From Aduncisulcus paluster (taxonomy: Eukaryota), in NCBI GenBank assembly GCA_024181965.1, contig BQXS01012413.1:1-34814 (forward strand): DNA of 34,814 nucleotides, in the 5' to 3' direction. The notes beneath the pieces are model-generated. The model did no database searches. It was not told the origin of the DNA and saw only the letters and a list, made by a program, of their open reading frames with translations. Position 1 is the first letter of the stretch, and each line of letters opens with the position of its first letter. Positions 20,640 through 31,244 of the stretch are shown in pieces. The translations under genes were made by a program, and so were the position numbers.

Positions 20640-21993
20640 AAATAGAAATTTCCTCAATGATTGTACATTTGTTGACTTTGTTTGACTTTCTCTTACCTTT
20701 CATGAATTTTTTGATCGGAATTATTATTATTATTATTATGCTTATTCTTTTGTTATATTTTGTCGATATTATTATTCGTTTGTTTTCATCTATTTTTCAC
20801 TCTGTTAGGTATAATATCTAGATATTTTTTTACCTTTTATGAAGTTTATTTTTTGATAAATTCTCAGAGAAATCAACAAGAGTGAATTTAATTAAAATCT
20901 AATCTAATATTAGATTCCTTTAGGGGAAACGAATCAAAATTCGGTGCTTTTTGAGATCGTTATTTTTTTAAAACTAATTGTTTTTGTTTTGTTTTGTTTT
21001 TAGATTTTTATTCTGTTGTGTATTCTTTTATTCCACTTTCCTTCTCTTTTTCTTCCCAAAAAGTTTCTCAATCGTTTCTATTTCTAAACTAAATTAATAT
21101 TTGAGTCATATACCACATATATCATTTGTATTCGTACTCATCTCAGAAACTCAAACAAGCTCACAGCTTGTCTTGTTTCTCAATTAATCTATTTTTATCT
21201 TTAATTCACAGCATATTTTTCTTCCTTTGTATGTGAAATACAAGTACAATTGAATGGCATTGTTTCTTTTAACTTTCCCAAGTACTCTTGCATAAGTACT
21301 TTGTGCTACATTTACTTCATGCACTTCTATTATTCTCCCCTTGACTTCTTCAATTTCTAATATTTTGTGGCAATTACATGCGTCATTGTTGCGTGGTATC
21401 TCATCTCAAATCCTTGAGACACTCAATCGAAAATAAAATTTCATTTGTAGGAGTTGTTCTAAAAATAGATTTTCTATAAATAGAAATACAAAAAATATTC
21501 TGTTATTTTAACAGAGAATACAACGTTATTTGTCATATTCGGGCTCAATTTAGCAAATTTTATATATTATCTTCCAGTGGAAAATTAATCGTCATAATAG
21601 AAGCATAAAGGAGGTTTGAACAGAAATTTAGTCTGATTGAACGATCAAGTATGCTTGTAACTTGAGAATTTCCAACTGAATTCTAAAAATAGAAAATCTA
21701 AAAATAGAATCATAACATTTTTAAATATGCTGAAAGGGGTATATCTGATTGATTCTCGTCTAACTTACTTACAATTTTTACTTGTATTGATCCCGTGAAG
21801 GGAGACTAGCAAATTTATTCAAAAAAATCACGGTTGATGTCGGTAATATCAATCTCCATAATGTTAGGTTCTCATTCATGTTTAACAGACTATCTAAACT
21901 GCTTTTCTGTACAGCAACCTCAACCTAGACAAGATGGAGGTCTTGTGGTGGTTTCTCTCTTTTGATGTTAACTTTAGGTCCAGGCAACCAAAT

Positions 21994-22341
21994 CGATTCT
22001 CAAAGTTTGAGTCAAAGAGAGACTCAAATTCATGAAATCATCCCAACATTTCTAACATTTACTTTTTCTTTTGCCGATCCTTCCTCTTTTTGTTTAAATA
22101 TGCCCTTCTCTTCTTGATAAATGATATTGCATTATCTGTCTGTTCAGACAATCTAATATGATCAGGAGAAAATAGAGATGGCGATTTCTTTGGGCTTGTT
22201 GACCTCATCAAAGGAGGAGAATTAGGCGGAGATTTCAAACTTGTTGAGCTTTCTGAAGATGGGCTTGTTGGAATTGTCGTATCAACATTTGGTTTGGATT
22301 CATCCGGGATTACAACCTTTTTCGAAGAAACATCGGGAATA
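21994..22341. repeat. Gap-flanking exact duplicate of 22362-22709 (assembly overlap)
   Basis: Identical sequence on both sides of the N run, offset 368 nt. Confidence 0.9.
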
Positions 22342-22426
22342 NNNNNNNNNNNNNNNNNNNNCGATTCTCAAAGTTTGAGTCAAAGAGAGACTCAAATTCA
22401 TGAAATCATCCCAACATTTCTAACAT

Positions 22427-25400
22427 TTACTTTTTCTTTTGCCGATCCTTCCTCTTTTTGTTTAAATATGCCCTTCTCTTCTTGATAAATGATATTGCAT
22501 TATCTGTCTGTTCAGACAATCTAATATGATCAGGAGAAAATAGAGATGGCGATTTCTTTGGGCTTGTTGACCTCATCAAAGGAGGAGAATTAGGCGGAGA
22601 TTTCAAACTTGTTGAGCTTTCTGAAGATGGGCTTGTTGGAATTGTCGTATCAACATTTGGTTTGGATTCATCCGGGATTACAACCTTTTTCGAAGAAACA
22701 TCGGGAATAACTTCCGAATCCATCAGAACATCAATTTGACCATTGCCAATCCCAATTCCTTGCTTTGCTTCACCGATTGTTTCACCTATTGTTTCAACTT
22801 TTGCTTTTTCATCTTCTACTCTATTCAAATTTATCTCAAATTCTTCCTTCGGTTGCTCAAATTCCCGAATAGGAACAGAATCTGATACTGGAACAGAATC
22901 TGATACTGGCTTTGAAATAAATATCTCGTCATCGAATATCATTTCTTTTTCCTCAAGCATCGGGACGAGAGATGGAGGGATGGGATGATTATGATGACTT
23001 TCCTCTTCCTTAGGTTTTGAAGAATCATAATAATGCGATGATATTTCTTGATTTTTGGGGGAATATCTAACGCTGACAAGAGAAACCATCGTCGAAGAAA
23101 CATTTTGTTGTTGAGAAGGTGATAGAACGAATTGGTGAGTTGGGGATACACTTGATTTAGTTTTACGATGCTCTGATGCAGCTGCTAATCTTTTCCTGAT
23201 ACGTTCTGCCTCTTGTTTCGTTTTCTTCCTCTTTTCTATTGATTTTGACGATGAGAGAAGAAGAGAAAGAGGAGAAGGAGAAGGCGAGAACAATTCTCTT
23301 TCAAGTTCAAGGAGATTCTTTGATACCTCAGCCTTTTGCGGAGACATTGTATGATGACGTGTTGACATGCCCCTCAGTTGCCTCAACTCTTTTAATACAC
23401 TCTCCAGTCCACCTCTGTTGGGGTGCTCTTGGAAGGCGGAATCTGGAGAAGAGGGAGAAGAAGAGGAGGAAGATGAGGAAGAAGAGGAGGAAGAAGAAGA
23501 AGAAGAAGAAGCGGAGGAAGAAGAGGAGGAAGAGTGTTTGGGTGAATTGTGTTTGTGGGAACTTATGATAAGAGGAGACGAAGAGGAATGAGATTGGGTA
23601 GATGCAGATACATCATAGTTCTTCAGGGTATTCTGCTCACGCACAATCTGAGCTGAATGGGAAGAAAATGAAGGAGAACTGGCAACTCCAACGGAACTAA
23701 CCAATCGAGATGAGAAATGGGTAAACGGAGAAGTTATTCGAGTCGCAGGAACTCCATCATTGGAATTAGAAGCTCCCGGTAATATTTCAGTATCGGTTTG
23801 TAAAGAACCTTGTTTTTGAGAAGATGATGAACATTGAGAATTAAATTGAACGATTGAAGAAGAAGAGGAGGAAGAAGAGGAAGAAACGGAAGAGAGAGGC
23901 GTAGAACGTATTGATGGAGTAGTCATTTGATGGGAATATATTCCAATATCTCTGGCATCAAGTTCATCTCGATGATGATCTTCAGGCTCGACAACTTCTG
24001 GGGATGAATCTTTCTCAGTTCTATTTTTATCCACACCATGACTTGGAGCAACAAGGTCTTTATCTTGAGTCAAAGAAACCAAGGGAGATGAATGATCAGA
24101 TAAAATTGAAGGCAAATACTCATTTGGAATGATAACGACTTCAATATCATCATCATTTCCTGTGTTACAAGGCACACAAGTATTGTCAGATGTTGGATGT
24201 GACTGTAATGATTTTCCATGGTGATGTTCTTTCTCAATTGTTCTTTTTATAGATTGTTTACAAGATTCAGACAAAATATCAAATTCCTTCACTTTTCGCT
24301 CCAGTTCTGCCGTTTTTTGTTCTAATTCCTTCGTTTTTTTCTCAAGATCTATTTTTAGCTCTGTTTCTTTCCGTTGAAACGCAGTCCACTGTTGGGAAAG
24401 TGTATGGGAGCAATCAATATGATGTTTTTCGAAAGCCTCTTTCTCTTTTATGAGTTTATCTCGCTCTTTCTTCCATTCTTTGGTTTTTGAGGCAAATGAT
24501 TCTTCCGTTTGTTTCAGTTTTTCATTTAAAGTGACAATATCTTCCTGAAGAACTTCAATTAAACTGCTTTGCGTCACACTAAAGCTTGACAATTGTTTCT
24601 CAACCTCCTTTCGATGCCTCTCTTCTTCTTTTCTTAATTCTTCAACACCATGAAGAGATTTAATCTGAGAAAGTTTGGATTTCAAAAGTTTTCGGAGATT
24701 TTTGTTTTCTGATATTAATTTTGCAAGTTCTTTCGAATTTCTAGTTTTTTCATGATTCAAATCTTGTTTGCGTTTGGTTCTTTCATCTTCTAATTCTTTC
24801 TCTAAGGATTCAATTTTCTTATCTTTCTGTGAAGAAAGGACGGAAAAGGCCTTTGAAAACTCAGATTCTCTAGTATCTGAGTCGGATTTGTACTGAGAAA
24901 CTGTTGAAAATAGGGTTTCTCTCAATTTATCAAAATCAACTTGCAGTAATGAAAGCTCGGACGTTTTAAACTCAAGATCTTTCAAAGATTGTGCCAATTC
25001 GGCCCTCAAATACGATATTAGCTCTTTACATCCATCATTTTCAATTATAAGAGCCTGGACTTTCTTGGAAAGGCTGTCTCTTGTATGAGAATCATCCACA
25101 GATAATATTGGACCAATGAAATGACTCGAATCACGTTGACAAGGTTTGGATCCATTTGATTTGTCACTGTTACTATTATTGCTTGCCATTAATTCGGCAT
25201 TTTTCACGACTGGAGAAGAAATATGCATTGGTTCGAAATGAGAATATGTTGAAAAAGTAGCTGAAGAACAAGATCTCATTTCGTCATCTTCCTCCTCTTC
25301 TTCTTCTCTTTCCTCTCTTTTCAAATGTTGATCATTGAGTGTTTTGTTGTTGTTATTTTTATGCAACAAATATGAACTTTTAATAGAAAAAACTCCAAAA

Positions 25401-26359
25401 GGTTTTTTTTCTTCATCCTTTTCTCTCTCTTTCTCTCTTTCCTCTTCACGTGATCTCTGTGTTTCATTATGGGATGTCCGTTTAAGTGTTCTTTTTATCA
25501 GAATAGCATCTTGAAGAGCTTGGTAATCAACATCAGAGAGACCATATGAGGGATTAAAAGAGCTAGATTTATCAACAATGCTTTCTTCTCGCTCTCTCTC
25601 TTCTTCTCGCTCTTTCATATTTTCATAACATTCAATTCTCAGGCGTATCTCTTCCTCACATGGTGAAGCCTGGATGCTCTGAAGATACGAGGAGATGACG
25701 GATGCACTGACAGACCCATGCGAATGAAAAGAGAGAGATGGGTCTGAATGATTGGCCAACGGAATGCATTTGAGGTTTGGAGTTACATCTTTGAGGATAG
25801 AAACTGTTGAAATAGCATCGAGGCTATCGTCGCCTGTCATTTCTCCATCTCGAGGAATGAGAGATCCGTCATCACTCGCTTTCTTATCATCAAGCTTATC
25901 GCCTGACAGGGAGTTATTTGAGCTTGCTGAAGATGACCTTTTGTGAGGAGAAGAATCAACGATACCACCAAGTGATAAAACCATATTTACATACTTATCC
26001 CAGCCATCTGGAATGAAATTCTTAATAAATTGATTACATAATGCCGGATAATAAATTAATATTTCCAGAACAGATAGAATATATTGATGTGTGCTCATGG
26101 TAGCCGATCCGTATGAAGAAAACAGGGACACAATGGAAGAATATGATTGGACGGTGGCTACATGAGAAACCGAGGAAAAAAATGAAGAAATTGATGAATT
26201 TGGGATGTCGTCAGAGCTCGATGCCTCTTCTTCTTCCTCAATTACCGCATCACGAATGGGTGAGGGTGAGGCTTTAGAATGGACTCTACGAGGGTAAGTA
26301 TTAGAATAAATTTTCTCATTGTCAATCGTTTCATCTAGATCGAATCCATCGAGATTCAT
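22427..26359 (-). CDS. Large Ser-rich/coiled-coil hypothetical protein (1310 aa)
   Basis: Long uninterrupted ORF with a central heptad-rich E/K region, poly-Ser tracts and a PVSDSV tandem (18-bp repeat at ~22872-22909). No recognised domain. Confidence 0.75.
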   Translation of the reverse strand: MNLDGFDLDETIDNEKIYSNTYPRRVHSKASPSPIRDAVIEEEEEASSSDDIPNSSISSFFSSVSHVATVQSYSSIVSLFSSYGSATMSTHQYILSVLEILIYYPALCNQFIKNFIPDGWDKYVNMVLSLGGIVDSSPHKRSSSASSNNSLSGDKLDDKKASDDGSLIPRDGEMTGDDSLDAISTVSILKDVTPNLKCIPLANHSDPSLSFHSHGSVSASVISSYLQSIQASPCEEEIRLRIECYENMKEREEEREREESIVDKSSSFNPSYGLSDVDYQALQDAILIKRTLKRTSHNETQRSREEEREKEREKDEEKKPFGVFSIKSSYLLHKNNNNKTLNDQHLKREEREEEEEEDDEMRSCSSATFSTYSHFEPMHISSPVVKNAELMASNNSNSDKSNGSKPCQRDSSHFIGPILSVDDSHTRDSLSKKVQALIIENDGCKELISYLRAELAQSLKDLEFKTSELSLLQVDFDKLRETLFSTVSQYKSDSDTRESEFSKAFSVLSSQKDKKIESLEKELEDERTKRKQDLNHEKTRNSKELAKLISENKNLRKLLKSKLSQIKSLHGVEELRKEEERHRKEVEKQLSSFSVTQSSLIEVLQEDIVTLNEKLKQTEESFASKTKEWKKERDKLIKEKEAFEKHHIDCSHTLSQQWTAFQRKETELKIDLEKKTKELEQKTAELERKVKEFDILSESCKQSIKRTIEKEHHHGKSLQSHPTSDNTCVPCNTGNDDDIEVVIIPNEYLPSILSDHSSPLVSLTQDKDLVAPSHGVDKNRTEKDSSPEVVEPEDHHRDELDARDIGIYSHQMTTPSIRSTPLSSVSSSSSSSSSSIVQFNSQCSSSSQKQGSLQTDTEILPGASNSNDGVPATRITSPFTHFSSRLVSSVGVASSPSFSSHSAQIVREQNTLKNYDVSASTQSHSSSSPLIISSHKHNSPKHSSSSSSSASSSSSSSSSSSSSSSSSSPSSPDSAFQEHPNRGGLESVLKELRQLRGMSTRHHTMSPQKAEVSKNLLELERELFSPSPSPLSLLLSSSKSIEKRKKTKQEAERIRKRLAAASEHRKTKSSVSPTHQFVLSPSQQQNVSSTMVSLVSVRYSPKNQEISSHYYDSSKPKEEESHHNHPIPPSLVPMLEEKEMIFDDEIFISKPVSDSVPVSDSVPIREFEQPKEEFEINLNRVEDEKAKVETIGETIGEAKQGIGIGNGQIDVLMDSEVIPDVSSKKVVIPDESKPNVDTTIPTSPSSESSTSLKSPPNSPPLMRSTSPKKSPSLFSPDHIRLSEQTDNAISFIKKRRAYLNKKRKDRQKKK

Positions 26360-26624
26360 GGTTTGCGAGAAATTTCGACTTTTTGATTTTCTTGATATTT
26401 TGGCAATAATTTCCTATATTTCAATGTAAATCTTACATTAATGCTTCTCAAAATTTATTTTTGCTTTATTATATTAAATTTTCTCTATTGTTCACTACAA
26501 TAAAGAGTCATGCCGGTACAAATCGCCGACCCTGATTCATTTTTTCGCCGGCGCCGATGATTTCTTGATTATGTTGTTTTTGGTTGTAGGAAATACAACC
26601 CACAAAACCTGACCTTATTTTATC

Positions 26625-27423
26625 ATGCCTAGTGATAGTGTTGGATCTTCATCCCGTCCCATTGTGTTAAATGGTCCTTCTGGCGTTGGTAAAAGCACAC
26701 TCATCGGAATGCTCATGAAGGAGTTTCCCGAGCTTTTTGGTTTCTCAGTTTCTCACACTACTCGTTCTCCAAGAGTCGGTGAGAAAGATGGAGTTGATTA
26801 TTTCTTCGTTTCTCAGGAGGAAATTGAAAAATATATTGAAGAGGGTAAAATGCTTGAAACCGCTAAAGTGCATTCAAACTTTTACGGAACAAGTGTTATG
26901 GCAGTTGAAATGGTGTTAGAANNNNNNNNNNNNNNNNNNNNGTTTCTCAGTTTCTCACACTACTCGTTCTCCAAGAGTCGGTGAGAAAGATGGAGTTGAT
27001 TATTTCTTCGTTTCTCAGGAGGAAATTGAAAAATATATTGAAGAGGGTAAAATGCTTGAAACCGCTAAAGTGCATTCAAACTTTTACGGAACAAGTGTTA
27101 TGGCAGTTGAAATGGTGTTAGAAAGTGGCAAGCACTGCATAATCGATGTTGATATTCAAGGTGCTACAACCATGAAAAGTAATGCTCGTTTCATGGCTTC
27201 TAAGCCCATTTTCATCTTTATTTCACCCCCCGATTTCGATGAATTGAGATCTCGTCTCATGGGACGTGGGACGGAGACCCCTGAAAGTATGGCTATCCGT
27301 TTGAAAGATTCTCTTGCTTGGGACAAATTTTACAAGTCAAATCCCGAGTTTTATGATCATCGCATCATTAACGATGATTTAGAAACAGCATACAAAGAGT
27401 TTAGAGATATTATTATGGAGTGA
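26625..27423 (+). CDS. GUK1: Guanylate kinase; reconstructed as 26625-26921 + 27124-27423 (~198 aa)
   Basis: [60 protein letters not shown] and IINDDLE. Segment 26740-26921 is duplicated at 26942-27123 across the gap. Confidence 0.93.
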
Positions 27424-27697
27424 ATAGGATTTGTGCCGGCAAGTAGTTTAGTAGATGGAAACTGACATTTGTTTACCGCAAACCATGTGTATGAAAGGCT
27501 TTGGATGCAATTTTTACAAGTAAAGACGTGTCGTTATTTATGAAAAGACCATTTATTGTAAATTTTTTTTTTTTGCTCGTCAACAGAGCTATTTTTACAG
27601 CTCCGTTCTTTTTGAACACAGTGCCGATGAATTGAATGATCTGGTCAGTAATTTCCGTAAATACTAATGTTTTATCATTGTGTGAACAATATATTTA

Positions 27698-28197
27698 TTA
27701 AATAAAAGATCTCAACATCATATTGCGACAATTAAGATGTTGACGATGTAACACAAGAAGTTGAGATAAAATATAAATTAATAAGAAATGAATAACCACA
27801 ATTACAGCGATTTCCTGCCATAACGAATAAGATGGCTCAGCTAACATAACAGGAGAGAGAAAAATAGAAAATACATATTATGGAAAAGAAATGAATAAAA
27901 TAAGAAATAATTAAAGTTATAAGAATAATAATTTCAAAGAAACATACGTTTAACCTTAATAAAATTTATAAATAATGGTAATTCAAAGTAAAAGTGACAG
28001 AGCGCACTCCCAATTGTTAATACAAGTGTAATAATAAATGATAAGTGTCCACCTTCTCCAGAAAAAAAGAGAAGTGGTAAAAGAATGAACACTCCAACTG
28101 GATTTGGAGTAATACAGACAATAACACAATACTGGATTATTGCAAATATAATGAAAAATATTTTTTCTGTTTTTGCCTGTTCTATTGTAATTACCAT
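27698..28197 (-). CDS. Small multi-pass membrane protein, 2 exons: 28197-27948 and 27840-27698, 130 aa
   Basis: A 107-nt GTATGT...TTAG intron (27947-27841) joins KVK|PEPSYSLWQEIAVIVVIHFLLIYILSQLLVL... in frame. About four hydrophobic segments. Confidence 0.6.
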
Positions 28198-28413
28198 GAA
28201 AGTATCTCGATTTAGGTTGTACAATATGGTTAATTTCACTCGATTTTGAAAATGACGAACTATTGACTCGGTTAACGGATATCTCAGAATTTCATTGTTT
28301 CCAAAATTGTTTTTAAGAATTTATTATTGTAGATTGTTGTTAAGTTGGCTCAAGAAATCAAAAATGTAACTCCCAGTTTGATTGACGTGCTTTCGTTACT
28401 GTCAACAATTTAC

Positions 28414-30939
28414 ATGACCAAAGATGAATTAAAATGTTCCCATTCCAGGATTAATCTTGAGAAACGCTGTATAAAATGTGGGATATATTTGTCGTCCGAA
28501 GATGCTTCAAAATACAAAAGATTTGGACAAATTAGAAATGGATTACTTTATTCACCTGAAGAAATTAAAAATAAGGGTCTTGCTATTCATTCTCATCTTT
28601 TGAAAGAGAGGAAGTTTGCTCTCATCTTAGATCTTGATCAAACCGTCTTGGACACTCATACTTGTAGTTTCCCATTTATAATGCCACATTTAATTCCAAA
28701 GGGATATAATATTATGACTGTGAGTCCTGCTGCTCTGGAGAATGAGACCCCTGCCAAGAGAGAGAAAATGCGTCGACGTCTTGCCTCCAAAAAGGAGAGA
28801 ACTGTTGGAAAATGTCGATCTTCTGAAGATCCCATCATTGAGGAAGAGTCTCTTTCCAAGAAAGCAGCCTCTGTTCCCTCCGATTTGGCAGATTTCTTAC
28901 AATCTCTTGACAGCAGTGTTCAGAGTATATTAAAAGAACGAGAAGAGAAACGAAAAATTGAGGAAGAAAATGCCAAATTGGATACACATGAGGCAGATAT
29001 GTCTGATCTTGATAAACCCTTGTTGTGTGAGCTTGTAGCCAAATCAGATGATGCAACAACTGTGTATAGAATCCTTACAGGTCCTCGAAATAGGACATTT
29101 TTGTTGGTCAAATTACGGCCTGGGATTCGTGAATTCATTACTCGAATCTGTGATATTTGCCGAATTTATGTGTTCACCAAGGGATCACGTTCATATGCAA
29201 CCATGATGGTGAATTTGTTGGATCCTCTTCATAAATACATACAAAGGAGCAATGTATTCGCTCGTGAGGATCTTGGTGGCAATGCGAAGGTTTCAGCCAA
29301 ATCTCTCTCCCTCTTCCTTCCTCCACCCAGTTCAGACCTGACTGTTATCCTTGACGATTGTATGGATGTGTGGCCTGGTCACGTGGCTCTAAGAGTTGAA
29401 CCATATCGTGGTCTCAATGTTCTTGGGAGAGAAATATTATCTGCTGGGAAGAAATCAGATATTGGAGAATTGAAACATATGGAGGTTATTGAACATGGGA
29501 AGACAACTTCGAGTGTGTCAGTTTCAGTTGATTCCTCAAAATATCATACAGAAGAGGACCAATCGCACTCCGATACTTCCATTGATCCATCGAAAATCAG
29601 TGTGACTTTATCTGATAAGGAAGAACATCCCGAACAACAACCAGAAATATCCCAACCAATTATTCCTCCATCTTCCTCTTGCACTTCCTCTTCCACGTCT
29701 TGCCCAGAACAACTCCATAAGAAATCCTCCATCCAGTTCTTCCCCTTCCATCGTAGGACAGATATGCTTGTGTTCCAATGGTTTAAGAAGTATCAGCCAC
29801 ATAATGTTAGACTCCACCATAAAGATGTTTCAAAGGTTGCTCTTCCCGTTCTTGCCCCCTTGAATACATTACCTATCCCCTCACCAACAGCCACAACATC
29901 GTGTAAAAGTTTCTTCTTCATTCCCATGCGTGATAATCGCCCAAAGATTCGTCCCATTATCTTTAAACTTCAATTCAAGGAGATATGTGCATTGTTCCAC
30001 AGAATACACGATATGAGATGGGGGAAATATATACATCGAGATGAGACAACCACTTCAAATCCTCTATCCAACGCTTCCTCTGACATCGATAGTGTCATCA
30101 AAAGTATTGATGAGAAACATCATGGTTCTAAAAATAGTGACATGACAACCCATGAGAACGGTGAAGACATTGGTGATATGAGTGTTCAAAAAGGGGTAAG
30201 GAAACAACCGATAATGTTTTCGACAAGAAGTGAGGTTGTCCAATCCTCTCTTCCTTCCATTGCCAGATGCATTCAGATACAACGTGAATGTGTGTTCAAT
30301 GGGTGCACATTCCACTTTTGTGGGCTTCGATCAAGGCTTCGAGTGCATGAACTTCAATATTATGAATCTATCGTTGTTGCTAAACTATTTGGTGCTCAAA
30401 TCATGTATTCAACTGTAGAACAAGACTATTTGAAGAGAAGGAAAGCCCATCTACTGCACCAGAATGAAGAAGAGAAGAAGCGATTCTTGTCCAATCCACT
30501 CCCTTTTTGTCATGATTCAATTAAACACAAGCGTGCTGATGGTGATCTTGAGGAATCGAGTGAGAGTGGAGAGTCTGAGGAGGAAGAGGATAGTCATGGT
30601 TGCTATGCAGGCAGAGAAGAAGAGAAGGATTGCAATACGAAGGAATTTGAAAGTGGCTCAAAGGATTATTATTATGCTCAGATGGAGAAGTACAACATCA
30701 TGGAAGATGATGCATTTATTGGACGTATTGGGAAAGAGTGCACACATGTCATTGCAGAGAATATGAATGGGTTAAGAGAAGCAAGGGATTTGTTTACAAA
30801 GTTAGAAACAAATGGGAAAGGAAGAAAGACAAAGCCACAGAGCAGGGAGATTATTCTTGTTTCTGTCAAGTGGATATTTGAAAGCGCTTGGTTATGGAAA
30901 AGGAAAGTTACTCAACCATTCGAATTGAAAAAGGTTTGA
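28414..30939 (+). CDS. FCP1: RNA polymerase II CTD phosphatase FCP1-like (HAD domain + BRCT)
   Basis: N-terminal C-x-H...CIKCG, LILDLDQTVL (DxDxT), VKLRPG, YVFTKGSRSYA, VILDD..DVW and BRCT-like motifs (FNGCTFHFCG, CTHVIA, VSVKWIFESAWLWKR). First in-frame ATG at 28414. Confidence 0.88.
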   Translation: MTKDELKCSHSRINLEKRCIKCGIYLSSEDASKYKRFGQIRNGLLYSPEEIKNKGLAIHSHLLKERKFALILDLDQTVLDTHTCSFPFIMPHLIPKGYNIMTVSPAALENETPAKREKMRRRLASKKERTVGKCRSSEDPIIEEESLSKKAASVPSDLADFLQSLDSSVQSILKEREEKRKIEEENAKLDTHEADMSDLDKPLLCELVAKSDDATTVYRILTGPRNRTFLLVKLRPGIREFITRICDICRIYVFTKGSRSYATMMVNLLDPLHKYIQRSNVFAREDLGGNAKVSAKSLSLFLPPPSSDLTVILDDCMDVWPGHVALRVEPYRGLNVLGREILSAGKKSDIGELKHMEVIEHGKTTSSVSVSVDSSKYHTEEDQSHSDTSIDPSKISVTLSDKEEHPEQQPEISQPIIPPSSSCTSSSTSCPEQLHKKSSIQFFPFHRRTDMLVFQWFKKYQPHNVRLHHKDVSKVALPVLAPLNTLPIPSPTATTSCKSFFFIPMRDNRPKIRPIIFKLQFKEICALFHRIHDMRWGKYIHRDETTTSNPLSNASSDIDSVIKSIDEKHHGSKNSDMTTHENGEDIGDMSVQKGVRKQPIMFSTRSEVVQSSLPSIARCIQIQRECVFNGCTFHFCGLRSRLRVHELQYYESIVVAKLFGAQIMYSTVEQDYLKRRKAHLLHQNEEEKKRFLSNPLPFCHDSIKHKRADGDLEESSESGESEEEEDSHGCYAGREEEKDCNTKEFESGSKDYYYAQMEKYNIMEDDAFIGRIGKECTHVIAENMNGLREARDLFTKLETNGKGRKTKPQSREIILVSVKWIFESAWLWKRKVTQPFELKKV

Positions 30940-31244
30940 TGGAGCCAGTTCAATGATTATTTTAACTTATTCAATATATCTAATAATACCATTGACAGAT
31001 TTTATGGAATATTTATCCAAGAATTTTCTGATGTTATGCGATTCAAACGATAAAAGAATATATCTCTAAAACAATCAAGATATTTATTTGAGGGGAAAAC
31101 TTGAATCGTAAAGGTGTCCATGTATTGTCTTCCTGTGTTGATGAGAAGGAAGAAAAGCATTTTCTGAAATTATTGTTAACAAATTTGATTATTTTTTAGT
31201 CGTACATATCTTTTTTTTTTTCGATATATCTTGATATTTCGTCT

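Noticed and set aside
21120-21990. Possible hidden gene or transposon remnant
   Set aside because: Only short frames with no recognisable motifs on manual translation.
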